From Hyphochytrium catenoides (Eukaryota > Protista > Hyphochytriomycota), in assembly GCA_900088475.1 (NCBI GenBank), contig FLMG01000914.1:21399-85398 (forward strand): a stretch of 64,000 bases of DNA. Direction: 5' to 3'. Positions 63,191 through 64,000 of this stretch are shown piece after piece. A program made the translations under genes and the position numbers. The notes below the pieces were generated by a model. That model had not been told where the DNA came from. It worked only from the letters and a program-made list of their open reading frames with translations, and made no database searches. Numbering within the stretch: the first letter of the stretch is position 1; each line of letters opens with the position of its first letter.

Positions 63191-64000
63191 AGGTAGACCA
63201 TGCCCGAGGTAGAAAGTAGTGGATGATCATAACATCCCAGGAAGCTCTCCATCTGGAAACGAGACTAAGATACTTAGGGAGACTACGGTCTTAGGCGTCT
63301 TGGTGGTCGCTCTTCTTCTCTTTGGCACCACAGCGGCTAGGCATAGCGTCGGGCACCCGCGGAGAGCCAGAGAAGGGAAGGAGGATATGACGTAGACAAC
63401 TTCCTAAACTTCTTGACCATTACCTGCGATTGGCCGCCGATGCCCAGAGAACTCTTTGTTCTGCGTCCCTTATAAGCTTGTGAGTATAGGCGAAGAAGAG
63501 CGAGGAAGGTCATTTCTTAGTTCATAGTCATTCATCGTCTTAGGTTAGCACTTATAGAAGCGAAGGTAAAAGCCGTGAAAGAACAGCTCAGCGTCTTCTT
63601 CTTCCTCCCCAAGACCTGCTGCCTCTCCTTTCACCTCAATCTCATCAGCAGCAGCGACATCGGTGCTCGAACTACGAGCCGCTCTTCCCTTTGTTTACTT
63701 CCTAGGTCGCCTTCTATTTATAGAAACACGAATGATCATCATCAACGACGTCCAACCGTCCTTGGAAGACGTTCTCTCTTCAGCTGCTTGGCCGTACTAA
63801 CTCTCTCTGGTCTGCTCGATAGCCCGCTGCACCTCCTCCTACTCGTAGTCGAGATGGAAAAGTCATTCCTTTCGCTCTTTCTCTCTCTGTCTCTCTTTTC
63901 TCTCTCTGTGTCTCTCTTTCTTTCTCTCTCTTTCTTTCTCTCTCTCTTTATCTCTGTTCTGTCGGACTAAGCTATAGTGTGAAGTACGTTACCCCGACAG

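Larger units (their letters stand above)
1590..63960. repeat. Dispersed (CT)n/(AG)n microsatellites, many containing N-gaps
   Basis: Dozens of tracts (e.g. 1810-1866, 2043-2104, 29730-29835, 43190-43268), mostly in introns and gene flanks. Confidence 0.97.

Noticed and set aside
1-64000. CRISPR arrays, rRNA, tRNA, prokaryotic operons
   Set aside because: None seen; the sequence is intron-rich eukaryotic DNA and its repeats are simple microsatellites.

Overview
Eukaryotic nuclear DNA, most likely a stramenopile (oomycete-like, inferred from the DxDEC SCP-phosphatase subfamily, a CCDC53/DUF2360-type motif and MVP). It is saturated with (CT)n/(AG)n microsatellites and has N-gaps inside them; most short ORFs in the track are microsatellite artefacts. 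Spliced by hand, the window contains an SCP/CTD phosphatase (+), a prokaryote-type SLOG/TIGR00725-like gene with introns (-), a SNF5/SMARCB1-like gene fused to a C-terminal HMG box (+), PrimPol with a long N-terminal extension (+), and a duplicated/rearranged block at 17.8-24.9 kb. That block holds a head-to-head pair of frameshifted secreted Cys-containing proteins, a direct repeat carrying a conserved small ORF, a long hairpin and a second, intronless SCP phosphatase. Further on are an 18-exon major vault protein (+), a SCaMC-type mitochondrial carrier without EF-hands (+), a proline-rich villin-headpiece protein (-), a NIPA-type Mg2+ transporter (-), a secreted beta/gamma-crystallin-domain protein (-), and an intronless 784-aa protein combining MYND, a DUF2360-like motif and a C-terminal domain resembling the plant actin nucleator CHUP1 (-), which is the most striking item. 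Several microsatellite-poor stretches (1-1.5, 25.4-29.4, 49.7-51.2, 52.4-55, 60-63.5 kb) look like decayed coding or TE relics that I cannot name. All family calls come from remembered motifs, not database searches.
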